Shown: positions 48,282-61,621 of the stretch, one piece after another
Numbering within the stretch: the stretch's first letter is position 1
How the letters are laid out: each line of letters starts with the position of its first letter
DNA from: Geosiphon pyriformis uo1
Lineage: Eukaryota > Fungi > Glomeromycota
DNA: 64,000 nucleotides
Assembly (NCBI GenBank): GCA_016748015.1
Contig: JAAOMT010000040.1
Coordinates: 310,001 to 374,000, forward strand
Direction of reading: 5' to 3'
The notes under the pieces: model-generated
What the model was told of the DNA's origin: nothing
What the model saw: the letters and a program-made list of their open reading frames with translations, nothing else
Database searches by the model: none
Made by a program: the position numbers and the translations under genes

Positions 48282-51200
48282 CTACGCAATTATATTAATT
48301 GAAACTGGGTTGCCAATACCTGAAAAAAAAGAGCAAGATTTGCAAAAGCCAAAATGGACACCAAAAGCTTCAGCAACACCAAGCAGTTTAACCACACCAT
48401 CTGAGAATCTCGAAGTTAAACCAGAAATTGAGACGGAAACTAAGCCATCCACCAGGATCAGGCCATTTCTTTCCATGTAAGCACAATGCTTAGCACAGAC
48501 CAACCAAATGTTACTCCTGAAAGCAATACATATAGAGCATACAAAATCAGCAATTTTAATGCCAGCAACTTTGGGAACATGGAAGACAGAAACAGTCTCC
48601 TGAAGCCATCCTTTGAAAACAAAACCCTTGTAAAGAGTTGAGAACACTAAAAAATCCAAGACACAGGCTGACAGCAGCTGTAAAACACTTGAAGCAGAGA
48701 GAGAGAGACCAGAAAACACCTTCCAAGAAAACATACAGAATTCCAAAACCTGACGACGAGCTGCATCATCAATAACACAAGAAAACACCTGATTAGACAC
48801 CTTCACTTCACCACAATACAGACACAAAACACTAGGATAACATTTATCATAAACGCATTTTCAAACAGCCATGGAAAGCCAATGGTGCAAGACCTTCATG
48901 AAGTAAGTATGAATATCAGCAGTGCACCTGCTGGTGAAACCAGTCACCATATGCAAATCAGGATGCCAAACTCTGGAAGAGGCAAGCCAATCGACATTCG
49001 AGCACAAATCACCAGCTAGGAACCCAGAACTGGAACCGACCTTCCAGTGCGTCTGACAGACAGAACAAAAAACATCATGAACAAAGTGTTTAGAATTGCC
49101 TGAAACAATACCACCACCCGCCAACAAAAACCGTTCAGCCACACAAGGAGGGAGAAACCAATTAGAGAGAGCTGCAGCGTCAGTGATACTATCAGTGCAA
49201 TCATTTCCCAACACACCAGAGTGGCCCTTAATCTTGTGCCAGCTAACCTTCAAATTCTTTCCGCATATAACATTCCTAATATGCCAGCACTCAACCCAAC
49301 ACCAATTGCAAAAGTCAGGACATACCAAGTCAACCTCTGACTTGCAAGCATCCAAAGCTGCCTGGCTATCCAAAAACAGGCGAACAGAATGATCCACAGA
49401 TACACATTCCAGAGCCAACACTACAGCCTGCAACTCCACCAAAGTAGATAACATCAAACCCTGAACACAGACACCTAAATCCAAGTCAATGTCCTCAAAA
49501 AAGGCAACAGCCCCGGCCCTACAACCAGTCATGCCCAAATTTTTTACTGACCCATCTATATACACAGACAAACTATCAGCACCAACCTGAGAAAGACAAT
49601 CACATACAGACACAAAACCATCAGAACCACAAATGTCTGCAGGGCCAACACCACTCAAGGCCAATAGAGAGAGAAATGCACTACTGAGAAATGCAACAGA
49701 GCACCCGAACCACTCAGGAACTAGGCCACAAAGATCCAGTTTCTTCTACCACTTAAAGGTGTACCAGTCGAAGATATCCCCATAATGATCCTGAAGCTGA
49801 TCCACAAAGGCAATGCCATAACACCAGAGAGAAGGCAAGTATTTTAAAAACAGGGATTTGCTGAGAACAACAGACATAGGCACCCCATCACAAAACTGAA
49901 AAGAGCTGGTCAAGGAGCCACCTAAAGACAAATTGCATTCAAGAAGAATGTGTACCATACCTGACAAGAAATTATTGGAAATGCTGACACAGATATGAGC
50001 TGGTGAACTTAATGAATGAATGAGGCACCAGCACAGAACTTGCAAGTCATGAGACCTGTGACTAAACAATTGACCTAGAACCCCGCAGAAGTTTGCAAAA
50101 CTAATAAGTGAAGCAATCTTGCTTTCAGACTGACATTGTGAGAAGGACTTCAGACCATAAAAAAAAAGATGATGAATCGTGTCACTAGGAAAATTGAGAG
50201 GAAGACCAGATTTAAGTTTTAAACTCTTGTGAATCAGAGCATCCTACTTGTCACACACACTAATAGGGACAAAGCTGAACTGTGTTCTGTAGCTGACTAT
50301 AGGTTGGAGAACTGCCAACACCAGGTACAAGAACTGCTTATCTGAAACTGCTTTCTTTAGAACCAAATTACTGAAAAAACAAACGTCTGAATGCACTTTA
50401 GCCAAACTAGACTTAGAAAAACCATCAGTTGAGAGAAAGATACCAAGATACCAATGAGATTCGTCTTTTTTGGTTACAGAAATGGGTAAACTACTAATAA
50501 AAAGAGACGGATTGCTGATCCTGGCATTAATAAGAATGGCTACAGTTTTGTCATTATTAATTGAAATGTCATTAATTCGAAAAAATTCACTAGCAATATT
50601 GAGAATATGTTGAGTAGCAGCCTGACTGCTGCCAACCTAAATCGTGTTATCAACAAAAGCCCCAGCAGTGAAAAAAGTAGAAAACCCAGCCTGAAATTCA
50701 GCATGACCACTCCTAAAGACAAAATGGGAATTGAGTCTATACCCATATACACTCTCTTGACGCTTAACTTTGCACAAAAGAGGATCATAAAATATGTGCC
50801 AAAGAAGAGGGGAAAAAACTTTCCTTTGGTTCAACCCATCATGTACACTATAACCATCAGTTAAATTAAAGTCTGTCATAACCCGATTGGTCCGATTTCT
50901 ATGAATATTGCTAAAAAAAAGAATAAACTTGCCACACATTTTGATCCTGACCAAACACTTCTTGAGATGCTTCCATTCAACAGAGTCATATGCCTTCCAC
51001 ATGTCCTGCAACACCAGCCAGAGCTTTCAATTTTTCTCCAAAGCATCCTCCACAACTGAACCAATAGCAAAAATAGGAGTCTGGGTAGTAGTACCCTTCA
51101 AAACTGAAAAATTATCCCCACAAAGAATATCATGAGTACTGCATGCCAACGATATCCTGTCAGAAAGAATCTTAGAAAGGATCTTATGAGCTGTTTTAAT

Positions 51201-52961
51201 CAAGGCTATTGGTTGGGTATTTGTGAGAACACCTTCCCACTTGTATGGTTTAGGGATCATTGAAACCCAAGCTTTCCTTCAAGGACCAGGCACAGACTCA
51301 TGAGACAGACAAGAATTCAGAAGCACCAAGAACATATCCAGAACAGACCTATTACTATGCATCCACAGCTCATTTGAAATACCTGAAAGACCAGTAGTTT
51401 TACCAATAAGCAGATCAGAAACCACACCAAACAATTCCAAAAACTCAATTGGCTGCATAACACCAGAAAAAGCCTCATCAAAAACATAATCCAACGGCTA
51501 ATACTGACGGTACCACACATCAGGGACATTGGGAACCACCCTACGCTTCCTAGTCCACCCTTCCATGATATCATCCATTCTCGATTTCACAGGACCAGGT
51601 TCCAAAATCAGCTCATCATCCACAACTAAGTGGTCTAAAATGACCTTACAGAAAGGGTGCTCCAAGACGCTCTAAATAGTGTGACTCTTGTTTAGTTTGA
51701 AACTTTCCATCCTCTTTTCGATTACTGACTTGATCTGAGATTCCTCTACACTCTTCAATTTTGCCATTTTAAGTAAGCAATAAGTTTTTTTGACCTTGGA
51801 AAGAGCTGACCGAACAGTATCAAGAGGAGAACTGGAGAGAAAAAGAGATTTGACCACAGAGGCATTATCATTATCAAGAGAACTCCAAACATCCAACAGT
51901 AAAATAAATTTGTCACGACAAATCGACCAAGAAGCTTTAACCAGCTTTGAAATCAAAAGTTCCAACTTATGAAATTTGAATGATTCCTTAGTGAAGACAC
52001 TGTCATAGTCTTTAAATCATTTTTTCTTGAACACCTCATCAGCTGAAAGAACCATTACCTTGTGGACAATATTCCACATCACATCCAAATCTGAGAATTG
52101 CTGGGAGGCAATAAAATCATTAGAGAACATGGCAGCATTAGCTGCCATAACACCCCTAAACTTGTTTCATTTTGCATCATCAACATTCTTAAAATTAAAC
52201 TTCCAATGATCTTTATTCGCCTGTTTGCGAAGAGAGTTCAACTGCACATCCAGCAAACCACCCAAACCCAAAGACACAGAAACAGCCTGATGATCCATTT
52301 CAAAATATTCACCAGCATCAAAAACACCACAGTGTATAATTGCATTAACCAAATTCAAAGAAACCAAAACATAGTCAATCGTTTTTCTAACACCCCTAGA
52401 GTTTGCCTAAGTAGGCATTTTAACAGCTGGGCTTCCGACCAAAGAATTAGCCAGACCCAAATCAAGACACTTCCTAAAACTTGCACATTTATAAGAATCA
52501 TTTTCATTGAAATCACCACCAAGAACAGTAAAAGAAGATTCATTAACAGCCTTTGCAATAAGAGAATTGATTTCACCAGTCTGAAAAAACCGAACTGCCG
52601 AAGAGGCACCAGCATAAAGCTCCAGAATCAATATAGAAAGTTTACCCTTGAAAAATAATTTAATAAACAGGAGCCAACCAGGCACCTCAGAAATCTTGCA
52701 CATATAACAAGCCAAAAAAACATCCAAGACAATAGCAACACCTGCACTCAAGTGACCAGAGTCCAAACCAGAAATGAATACTCAGACACCATTGAACTTA
52801 TCTGCAATCTATGGACGAACCTTACTCCTCAATTTCGTTTCAGTAACAATAGAGACCATATTGTTTATTTCCTTATGCCACCTAATAATATCCTTCTGCT
52901 TAGCAGAATTGTTTATGCTCCTGACGTTGCACATAGCAACTTTCCAGATCAAACTGCTCAT
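48282..52961 (-). pseudogene. LINE-2 ORF2
   Basis: MCNVR..TETKL, LGGDFNE and EMDH (APE); QDMWKAYDSV, GLNQRKVFSPLLW and AFVDNT (RT); VYIDGS..ELQA..LDSQA..KIKGHSGVLGNDCTD (RNase H); CLYCGE..VFSC (C-terminal zinc finger). Confidence 0.92.
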
Positions 52962-53986
52962 TGAGTACAGGGTAGAGACACCAAACACACACCAATACTA
53001 TTCACTTTAGCCAAAAGGCCCAGAACTGTTTCTATTAGACACTTTATGCTGTCTTCCAGCTTAGACATTGAAGATATATCAAAAGACACCACTCCCGTGA
53101 CATTCCCACCACCAGTAGACGCACCTGAATTCTCACTCATCACTACATCCGCCCCTTGATCCTGTGATGAAGGGATCACCAATGGCTGACATTTAGGGCT
53201 AGGCTGAGGAACCATTGGTCTGAATGCATCCAACCTTATAGCCAGCTTACTAACTTGCTTCGTGAGACTGCCTCAGCCGATGTCCTAATTGGAATTTCTT
53301 TAATAACCACAGCCTGATCTGACTGCCCAGAAGATTTTTTGAGATTGGTGTTCACTAGGATTTTTACACTTGCAGCCTTATCAGTAGCTTTTATTAGACT
53401 CAATTTGGAAGTAAACGTCGCTCTGATAATTTCTGAGAATTTTGAGGAGGTAGACGCCCTCCCAAAACCATTAATTCCAGAAAACAATTTCCTTACCTCC
53501 ACAAGCTTTTCCTGAGAATATTTGCCGGCCACCTTATCCAAGCCAATATCCAACGCAAATGACTTCCTGACTTGGAACATTGACCAAATTTTTCATAGGA
53601 GGAGGGAGCTCAAGAGGAGCATCCGAGAGAACACTATCATCATCACTATTTTTTGAGAAATCAATCTTTTCCAATGGCTTGCCCAATGCCTTTTTGGTTT
53701 TAACTTTTGAACTTGTGAGTGTCTGATCATAATCTCCACCAACCAGAGCACCACCTTCACCATAATCAAAGCTGGTTTCTTCTACTAGACACTCCTCTTC
53801 CATATCAATACTCTCAGACTCAGTAGTGTCCCCAGTCTCTGAACTCCATAAACAAACACCAGGAACTTCAGCAGCAATTCCTCTATTATCAACACCCTCT
53901 GCCAATGCACCTCTCTTTCTCTTTTTCCTTGATGCAACTGCCTTAAAACCACTCTTAGAACCAGAAACTTTAACAGTCTTTTTCAT
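52958..53986 (-). pseudogene. LINE-2 ORF1 with internal deletion
   Basis: ORFs 53534-53986, 53236-53580 and 52958-53233; the stop overlaps the ORF2 start as ATGA at 52958-52961. Confidence 0.8.
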
Positions 53987-55118
53987 AACAACAATAACAG
54001 AGCCAACAGTAGCCTTGTAATCGAAAAACGGTTTTGATTTATCGTACTGAATGGTAAAAAAACTTCTTTCAAAAAAACTTTTGACTCTTTTTTGGGAATT
54101 TTGAACGAAGAAGAGAAAGAAGTTTTTTAATGTTTTTTAATGTTTTTATTAAGTTATATATTGTTTTAATAATTTTTTTTAAAATATATTTTTAGTTATT
54201 AATTTAGTTGAATATGTTATTATTTTTATTTTTATTAATAAAATTGTTATTTTATTATATATTAATTTAAATAATATTATTTAAATTATATCTTGTTTTA
54301 TTATTTATTTAATAAATAAATAATATTAATAATATAAACAAATTCTATTTTTTTTGATTTTTTGACTGATTTTGGCTAATATTTTACATAATATTCTATT
54401 AAATTTTTTGATTAAACTATTTGTTTATAAATAATATAGTAATAATAATAATTTTTTTACTTTGAATTTTTAATTTAATTTAGATAATATTTTTGTTTAC
54501 AAAATAAACTTTTTAGTTAAATAACAATTTTTTTAAATATTTATATTGATATATTAAGTTTTAGTAAATAAATTCAACTATTAATTTAATATTGGCTTTT
54601 TAAATTGCTTTAATTTTTGGCTATTTGATAAAATAATTTATAATAATTACAATATATTTATTGTTTTTAAATATTATAACTAATAATCTAATTAAGTTAA
54701 TTATTTAATTAAATAATTGTTTAACTTTAATAAATCTTAATAATTTACTTGATTTTTTTTGATAGATATTACAATTTTATATGTATTAAATTATATTTAA
54801 ATATATAGTCAATAATATGATTTTTTGGTTTTTTTAATTTTTAATTTATAATTAAAATATTTTGTTATTAAATTAAATTGTTTTTTTTTTGTTACTATTT
54901 TTAATAGATTGTTTAGTTTTTATTAATTCTTTTAATATAATATATTTTGGTAAATAAAATAGTATTTAAATTAATAATATATTCTATTTTGTTTATTTTA
55001 AAAAATTTTTTCTTAAACTATTAAATATTAATAGATTTAATTATTTATTTTAGAGCTTTTATAATAATATAGTTAATATTTTTTTATATTTGTTTTGTTT
55101 ACAATAAATTATTAATAT

Positions 55119-55879
55119 TGTTATGGTTAAAACCCATACTTTTTATTAATTATCACATGTATTAGCCACTAATGTCATATAATTAGCCACCTTATTTTTA
55201 GATGGTGATTATTAATCTAATCAATGATCTAATTATTAATTTGATTATTGATCTGATTATTGATCTGATTATTAATCTGATTATTGACCTAATTATTGAT
55301 TTAATTGTTAACCTAGTTATTGATCTGATTATTGACTACTTTCAATAGCTATATAAGTAATAAGTCTTTTAGCTATAGAAAAACATGATAAAAGTAATGA
55401 GATAAAACACACTATTAATTACTTTTTTTCATATCATTTATTTATTTTTTCTATTTTCAAGTATTTGAACATCTTGGGATAAAAAATTACTTGTTGGTAT
55501 TTACATATCTTATCTTTTTCTCTTCTTAATTTGTATTTGTTAGAATTAATCTGAGAAGCAATTGCTTGTTTTTGTAATTTATTGAATAAAAAAACAATTG
55601 AAAAGCACAAAAATACTTATTATTAATTCTAAAAATTACCAAATTAAGACATAAAATAATAGCAGTAGTGTTATTTTGTTAACAATTACAAACTATTCCT
55701 CTATCTTCAGATTTCCAGAAAGAATTTGCAATTGTAATTTTTATAAGATTGATTACACACATTGAATTTTTACTCATTCAATTCACTTCCTTATTGTAAT
55801 TCTCTCTTTGATTATTTTTATCATTTTACAATTCTGTTTTTCCTTGCTATTTGTTAGCTTGTTATTTCAATCCATAACA
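55119..55879 (+). repeat. Solo LTR of the A/C superfamily inserted in F
   Basis: TGTTATGG...TCCATAACA with a perfect ATAT TSD; reverse-complement homology to the C LTRs. Confidence 0.93.
55205..55340 (+). repeat. 12-bp tandem repeat (ATTGATCTGATT-like, about 11 units) in solo LTR U3
   Basis: Visible periodicity; the same unit occurs 1, 2 and 4 times in the C and A LTRs. Confidence 0.85.
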
Positions 55880-58800
55880 ATATTTTTTTTTTATTTTTTT
55901 TATAATAAATTTTGTATTTAAATAACAAATATACTATTTTTTATTTAATATTTTTATTATTATTAGATTTTTTTTATAATAATATTAAATATTTGTAATT
56001 AGTATAAATATTAAATTGTTTGTCAAAATAATTTTTTTATTTTATAATTGTTTAATAGATTTTTAAGTATTTTAATATTAAAATTTTTTAATTTTATTTA
56101 ATTAAACTTAAGTTTTTGTTAGTATATATTACTAATTGTTTTTGTTTATTTTGGTTTTTTTTGTAATAGTACTGTTTTTAATGTTGTATTGAATACATTA
56201 ATTACAATTATAAATGGCTTGTTATAGTTTAAATAAATTAAAACTAAAACTTTAATTAGTTTTTGTTTTAACTTTTTAAAAAAATTTTGTTGTATATTTA
56301 TTTATTTATAATTGATAAAACAGTTAAACAATTGCCAAAAAGTTTTGAATAAATCAACAATATTATTTAGCTAGTTTCAAAAAAAATTTATTTTTGTTAA
56401 ATTTTTAGATCTTAAAAAGTTTTTTATTTTTTTAATTTTATTTAAATTAATCTTAATACTATTTTTCTTATTATATGTTTTAAAAATTTAAGTTTTTTAA
56501 AAAAACATTTGTTAATATTAAATTTTAATTTAACTTATTAAAATTATTTAAATACTTTTTGTAAATAATAAAAATATTTATTAATAGTTTTTAAGAATAT
56601 ATTAATATTATCTAAATAAATAACTATTAATTTTTATAATATACATAAATACATAATTTTTATTAGTTGTTAAAATATTTTTGATATACTAATTAAGCTA
56701 AATAGTATTATATTAAATTCAAAATTTTTTTTTCATGTAATAAATATTGTTTTTTTTTTATATTTAAAATTATGATTACTTATTAGTAATTATTATTTAA
56801 ATTTAATATAAAACTACTTTTTTTTATTAAATAAATTTTAATGATTTTTAAATTCATAAATTTAAATGATTATTATCATAAATAATACTATTAAGCTTTT
56901 AATAGTTTATATAAAGCCGAATTTTTCTATTTTTTTTCTAAATTAATATTATTAATAATAATTATAAATTTATAAATAATTAAATTAATTTGCTATTTAA
57001 TATTTAATTGATTTCTTGTTAGATAATTTTATAACTTGTTAATAATACTTAATATGCTTTTTGTTTAATTAACATAATATTTTTAGTTTTAATTTGGTAT
57101 TAAATAATATTTGTCTTTTTAAATTTATTTTTACTTATAAAAATATTAGCATATTAATTAAATAATACTTTAATTTGTATTTTTTGTAATAAATTCAAGT
57201 TTTTTAAGTTTATTTTCTTTAATTGTTTTGGCTAAAACAAATAAAAATTTTTTTTCTGGTTTAAACTTATAATATAAAATATAAAATATATATAAGTAAT
57301 TAGTCTTCAATTTATAAATTTAAGTATTTAATAATAGTATTAACTAGAACTTTTACATAGTTTTTAGTATTGTTGTGAATTAAAATTCTGATGTTTTTGT
57401 AATTTTTGGTTAATATATACATATTAGTAATAATAATAAATTTATTTTAATATTTTTTTGGTTTTTTCTTAAAAATTTGAAACTAATTTTTAAATTTTCA
57501 AGATATTATTAATAAATAATAGCAATATAATAAAATAAAAACAATGTAATTGATAAACATAAATTTTTTTGTTATATTAATAAACATAGTAATTTTTTTA
57601 ATAGATTTAAATCTATTAATTTTTTTATTAATATTAATTAAGCTATTTTAATCAAAAACAAAAATATAATCTGTATTATTTTTTTGGTTTTATTTTATAA
57701 ACTTTTTTCAAGTTATTTTATAGTATAACAACAATATTTTTTACATATTTTGTGTTAATTATTCTTTTTTTTATACTGATTTCTTTTTTTATTAAACCAA
57801 ATTTTAATATTAATTGTATTATTGTTATTATTAAAATTTTTAATGCTATTTTTAAATCTATATTAGTAAAAAAATAAGGTTTTAAAACTATTAAAATCTG
57901 TTTAAAATATCTTAAGTCAAATCTAATATTTGTATTATAAATTTTTTATGTATAATATTTTTATTATCTTTATTAAATTATTTTAGTTTCTGTTTTATTA
58001 ATAAGTTTAAACATAAAATATATTATTTAATATTAAAAGCAATGTTTAAATTCTTGTTAAATTTAAAAATAGCATTTAAATTAAGATTAATTTTGTTAAT
58101 CTTAGAAATCAAAATCAAAAATGTATAATTGTAAATTATAAATAAAATTACACTTATTATAATATTATATAAAATTAAATAATATTTACAGAGTGTGTTA
58201 TTTAGCTTAACAAATTTTTGCTTTTGTTTTTTTCTAATTAAAGTTAATATTTAATAATATTTGTAAAAAACTTTTAAATTATTTATAAAAAATAAAAATT
58301 AATATAGTATTATTAATTTTGATTAAATTTTATTTTTATTATATATATTTTTATTTTGGAACATTGTTTTATATTTTTTTTATTAAATAAAATATTATTA
58401 CAAATAAAACATAATTTGTTATTTTATTTGTTTTGTTTTTTTAATTAACTAAATTTTTTCAAAATATATGATTAACAATAAAATTTAATTGCTATTGGTT
58501 ATTTTTTATTATTTATTACAATATGTTTTTATTAAAAATAATTTTTTTATAGTTAACAAAAACAAGTTTTAAATATTAATAATTTAGGTTTTTTAAAGTT
58601 TTATATTAATAAAAAATTATTATAATGTTTTTTTTAGTTTAATAAAATATATATAAAAATATTAACTTGTAGATTTTTTTTGTTTTTAAAATTAAATAAT
58701 AGAAATAAGTTGGTTCTGTTATTATTAACTTATAAAACTTAATAAGTTTTAATTATAAAATTTTTATTTAATTTAATAATTAGTACTTTATTAATAATAA

Positions 58801-59075
58801 AATAACTATAAATTATTAGTCTATATATATAATATTTATTATAACTTAATTAAAGTTTTTAAATATTTTAATTAAGTGTAATATTGATTTTAAACAATTA
58901 ATTATTATTAATAAAAACTTAATATTAAGTAGTTTACATAATTAATACTTTAATAAATATAATATTATTATTAATTTTAAAAAAAAGTTGTTAATTTTAT
59001 CAATTAAAGTTTTTATAACTTTATTAATAGTAATAATACATATATTAGTAATTTAATAATTTAATTAGTCTACAA

Positions 59076-61621
59076 TATATACAACTTAATTTCAAATAAA
59101 ATTTTTTTAAGTAATTAAATTTGAAATATTAATCTATTATCATAAAAAACAGCAATATTATAATTTTATTAATGTAAATTTGAATTTCTAAATTACATAT
59201 TTATGTAATTTTACAATTATAATCTATATATTTTACTATAATATATTTGAATTAAAGAGAATTAACTAATTAGAGAATGTTTAAAAATATTTTAATTTTT
59301 TTTAATTATATATATAATATATATATAAAGATAATAACAATTGAATTAACAAAAAGACAATTAAATTTTAAATATCACAAAATAAATAAAAGTTATTATT
59401 TGTGTACAAAAAAAAATTAATTATTAATTAATAATTATTATTATTATTTAAATATTATAATGATCATAAAAATTGTGATTAATAAAAACCAAATTTAAAT
59501 AAAAAAAATATATTAAAAAATATAAAACTAACATAAAATATACTTATAAATAAATAAATAAAATTATTTATTTTTTAATTAAAATTATTACTAATTAACA
59601 AAATTAATATTACTTATAAATATAATAAAAAAGTTCTTAGAATTTCAGAAATTTATTTTTTTAATATAATAATTTAGTTTAAGTTTTTCTTTTTTGTTAT
59701 AATTAAAGTTTGTTAATTATTAAATAAAAGTAATAATTGGTTATATTAATTAGATTTTATTAAAGAAAATTTTTAATTTACTAATATATTATATTTAGTA
59801 AAATATTAAAAACATTTAAGAAAGACTTATAAAACAAAAATTACATATTAATATATTAAAAACATATTTATAAATAATGACTTTAAAGATTATTTTAATA
59901 TTAACAATGGCTTTTTTATAATAAACTAGACAATTATAATGATATTAATAGTTTTTCTGTTTATAATAAGCCAGTAAAAAATAATAATGCTGTAAATATT
60001 GTTAAAAAACTTTAAAAAACAGCATAAAAATATAATTAAGAACAAAACACATAACTATATTACATAAAAGATATATTAAAAAAAATTAATAACAACATAA
60101 AACAATAAAAAAACTCTTATATTATATATCTTTTATAATATCAAAAGATCTGTTAAAAAAATTAATAAAGAATTAGCTAATAAGATTAATATATAAAAAT
60201 AATAGACAAACAATTAAATAATAAAAATATAAATTGTAATTGATATAATAAACTTTCAATAATTTTTAAAAACTTAATATTAGATATTAAAAAAATATAA
60301 ATAATAAATTTAAATATATATAAATAATATTTATTTTTATCCTTAATTTGTAAAATACTGTTATTTAAATATAGAAGCAAACAAGATTATTGTTAATATA
60401 ATAATAAAAAAAGTATATTATACTAAATATATTTATTTTTAAACACATAAATACATAATAATTTATCAAATTTTTTATTTTTATTAATATTATGTCAAAT
60501 ATAAAGCTTTTTCTAAGATAAAAATATTTTTTTTAAGTAAAATCATATATTTAAGGACATAATTAAGATATTATTTTATAAATATTAATAATACAAATAA
60601 ATAAAATTATTTTACTAAAATTTAAATTTATACTATTGTTAATTATTTATTTTAATACAACAAAAAATTATTTGAAAAAACTTAAATATATATATACTAA
60701 AATAAAAAAAATATAATAATTTATTAAAAAATATTTTTAGAAAAAATAAGTAAACTTGAACATAAAATGCTTATTTTTTTAGAAAATAATTTAGAAAAAA
60801 TAATTTATTTTTATTATACATAATAAATGTATTTTTTTAGCTTATAATAAAAGTTAAAGTTTTTAAATTCTTAATAAAAAACAATTTTTATAAAAAAAAT
60901 AATTATTATTTAATAAAAAATAATAAATTTTTAACTAATATTTATAGTTATTTTGTATTTTTTAAGAAAATACAAACATCAAACAATTTTTTTAAAAAAG
61001 TTTATATTATTATATATCTAATAATAGTTAATAAAAACCAAAAACTTAGTTAATTAGATAATTAAATATGCTATTTTAATATTTAAAACATGTTTTTTAG
61101 AATATTAAGTTTGTTTGTATTTAATAATATATTAATTATGGTGCTTTTTTATTATATGTATTTATTACTAAATATATAAATTTCAGCTAATAAAAAGCAA
61201 GCAAAAATGTAAAACATATATTTTAGTAAAAAAATTTAACAAAATATGGTTTTTTTATTAGACTATTATATTTTTAAATTGTGTAAATAACCAAAAAAAT
61301 TAAAACAAATTTTAATTAAAAAAAAATTATAACCAAATAAAAATTGAAATTAAAAGAAATATAAATAAACAATCAAACTTTTTAGCACAAAAAAAATAGT
61401 TAAAAAAATTTATTTTTTTAGTTAAATATTAAATTGTGTTTTATTTAAAGTTTTATTGTAAGTTTAACTATATTAAAAACTTTTAAAAATAGCCAAAAAG
61501 TTAAGTTAATTATATTATGATTATTTATAAACAAAATTACAAAAAACTGGTTTATTAACTTTTGTTTTTATTCTATTTATAATTATTTATTAATATACAA
61601 AAAAAAAATTTTGTTATATAA
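59076..61621. other. Unidentified hyper-AT decayed sequence
   Basis: Homology to F stops at ~59075, strand skew turns A-rich, and I could not recover any motif. Confidence 0.4.

Larger units (their letters stand above)
48151..54122 (-). mobile_element. LINE-2: non-LTR retrotransposon (ORF1 plus APE-RT-RNase H-zinc finger ORF2) with both ends present
   Basis: Poly(A) at ~48146-48157, candidate TSD TTTTTTAATGTTTTT (48136-48150 / 54123-54137), sharp GC boundaries on both sides. Confidence 0.92.
46664..59075 (-). mobile_element. Ty3/gypsy element F (B clade), extremely AT-decayed; interrupted by LINE-2 and a solo LTR
   Basis: Allowing for C>T/G>A, it aligns to B/D: LTR start and PPT ~47135, integrase C-terminus DLKPIIII ~47800, IN core 54500-54760, RT YLDNINI ~56610, dUTPase FDLRY ~57915, Cys-rich start ~58560, protease 58870-59060. 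Confidence 0.8.

Noticed and set aside
55205-55340. CRISPR-like array
   Set aside because: Contiguous 12-bp units with no unique spacers, inside an LTR in eukaryotic context.
54130-59075. Organellar insertion, centromeric satellite or low-complexity artefact
   Set aside because: It aligns collinearly with gypsy IN, RT, dUTPase and PR once transitions are allowed.
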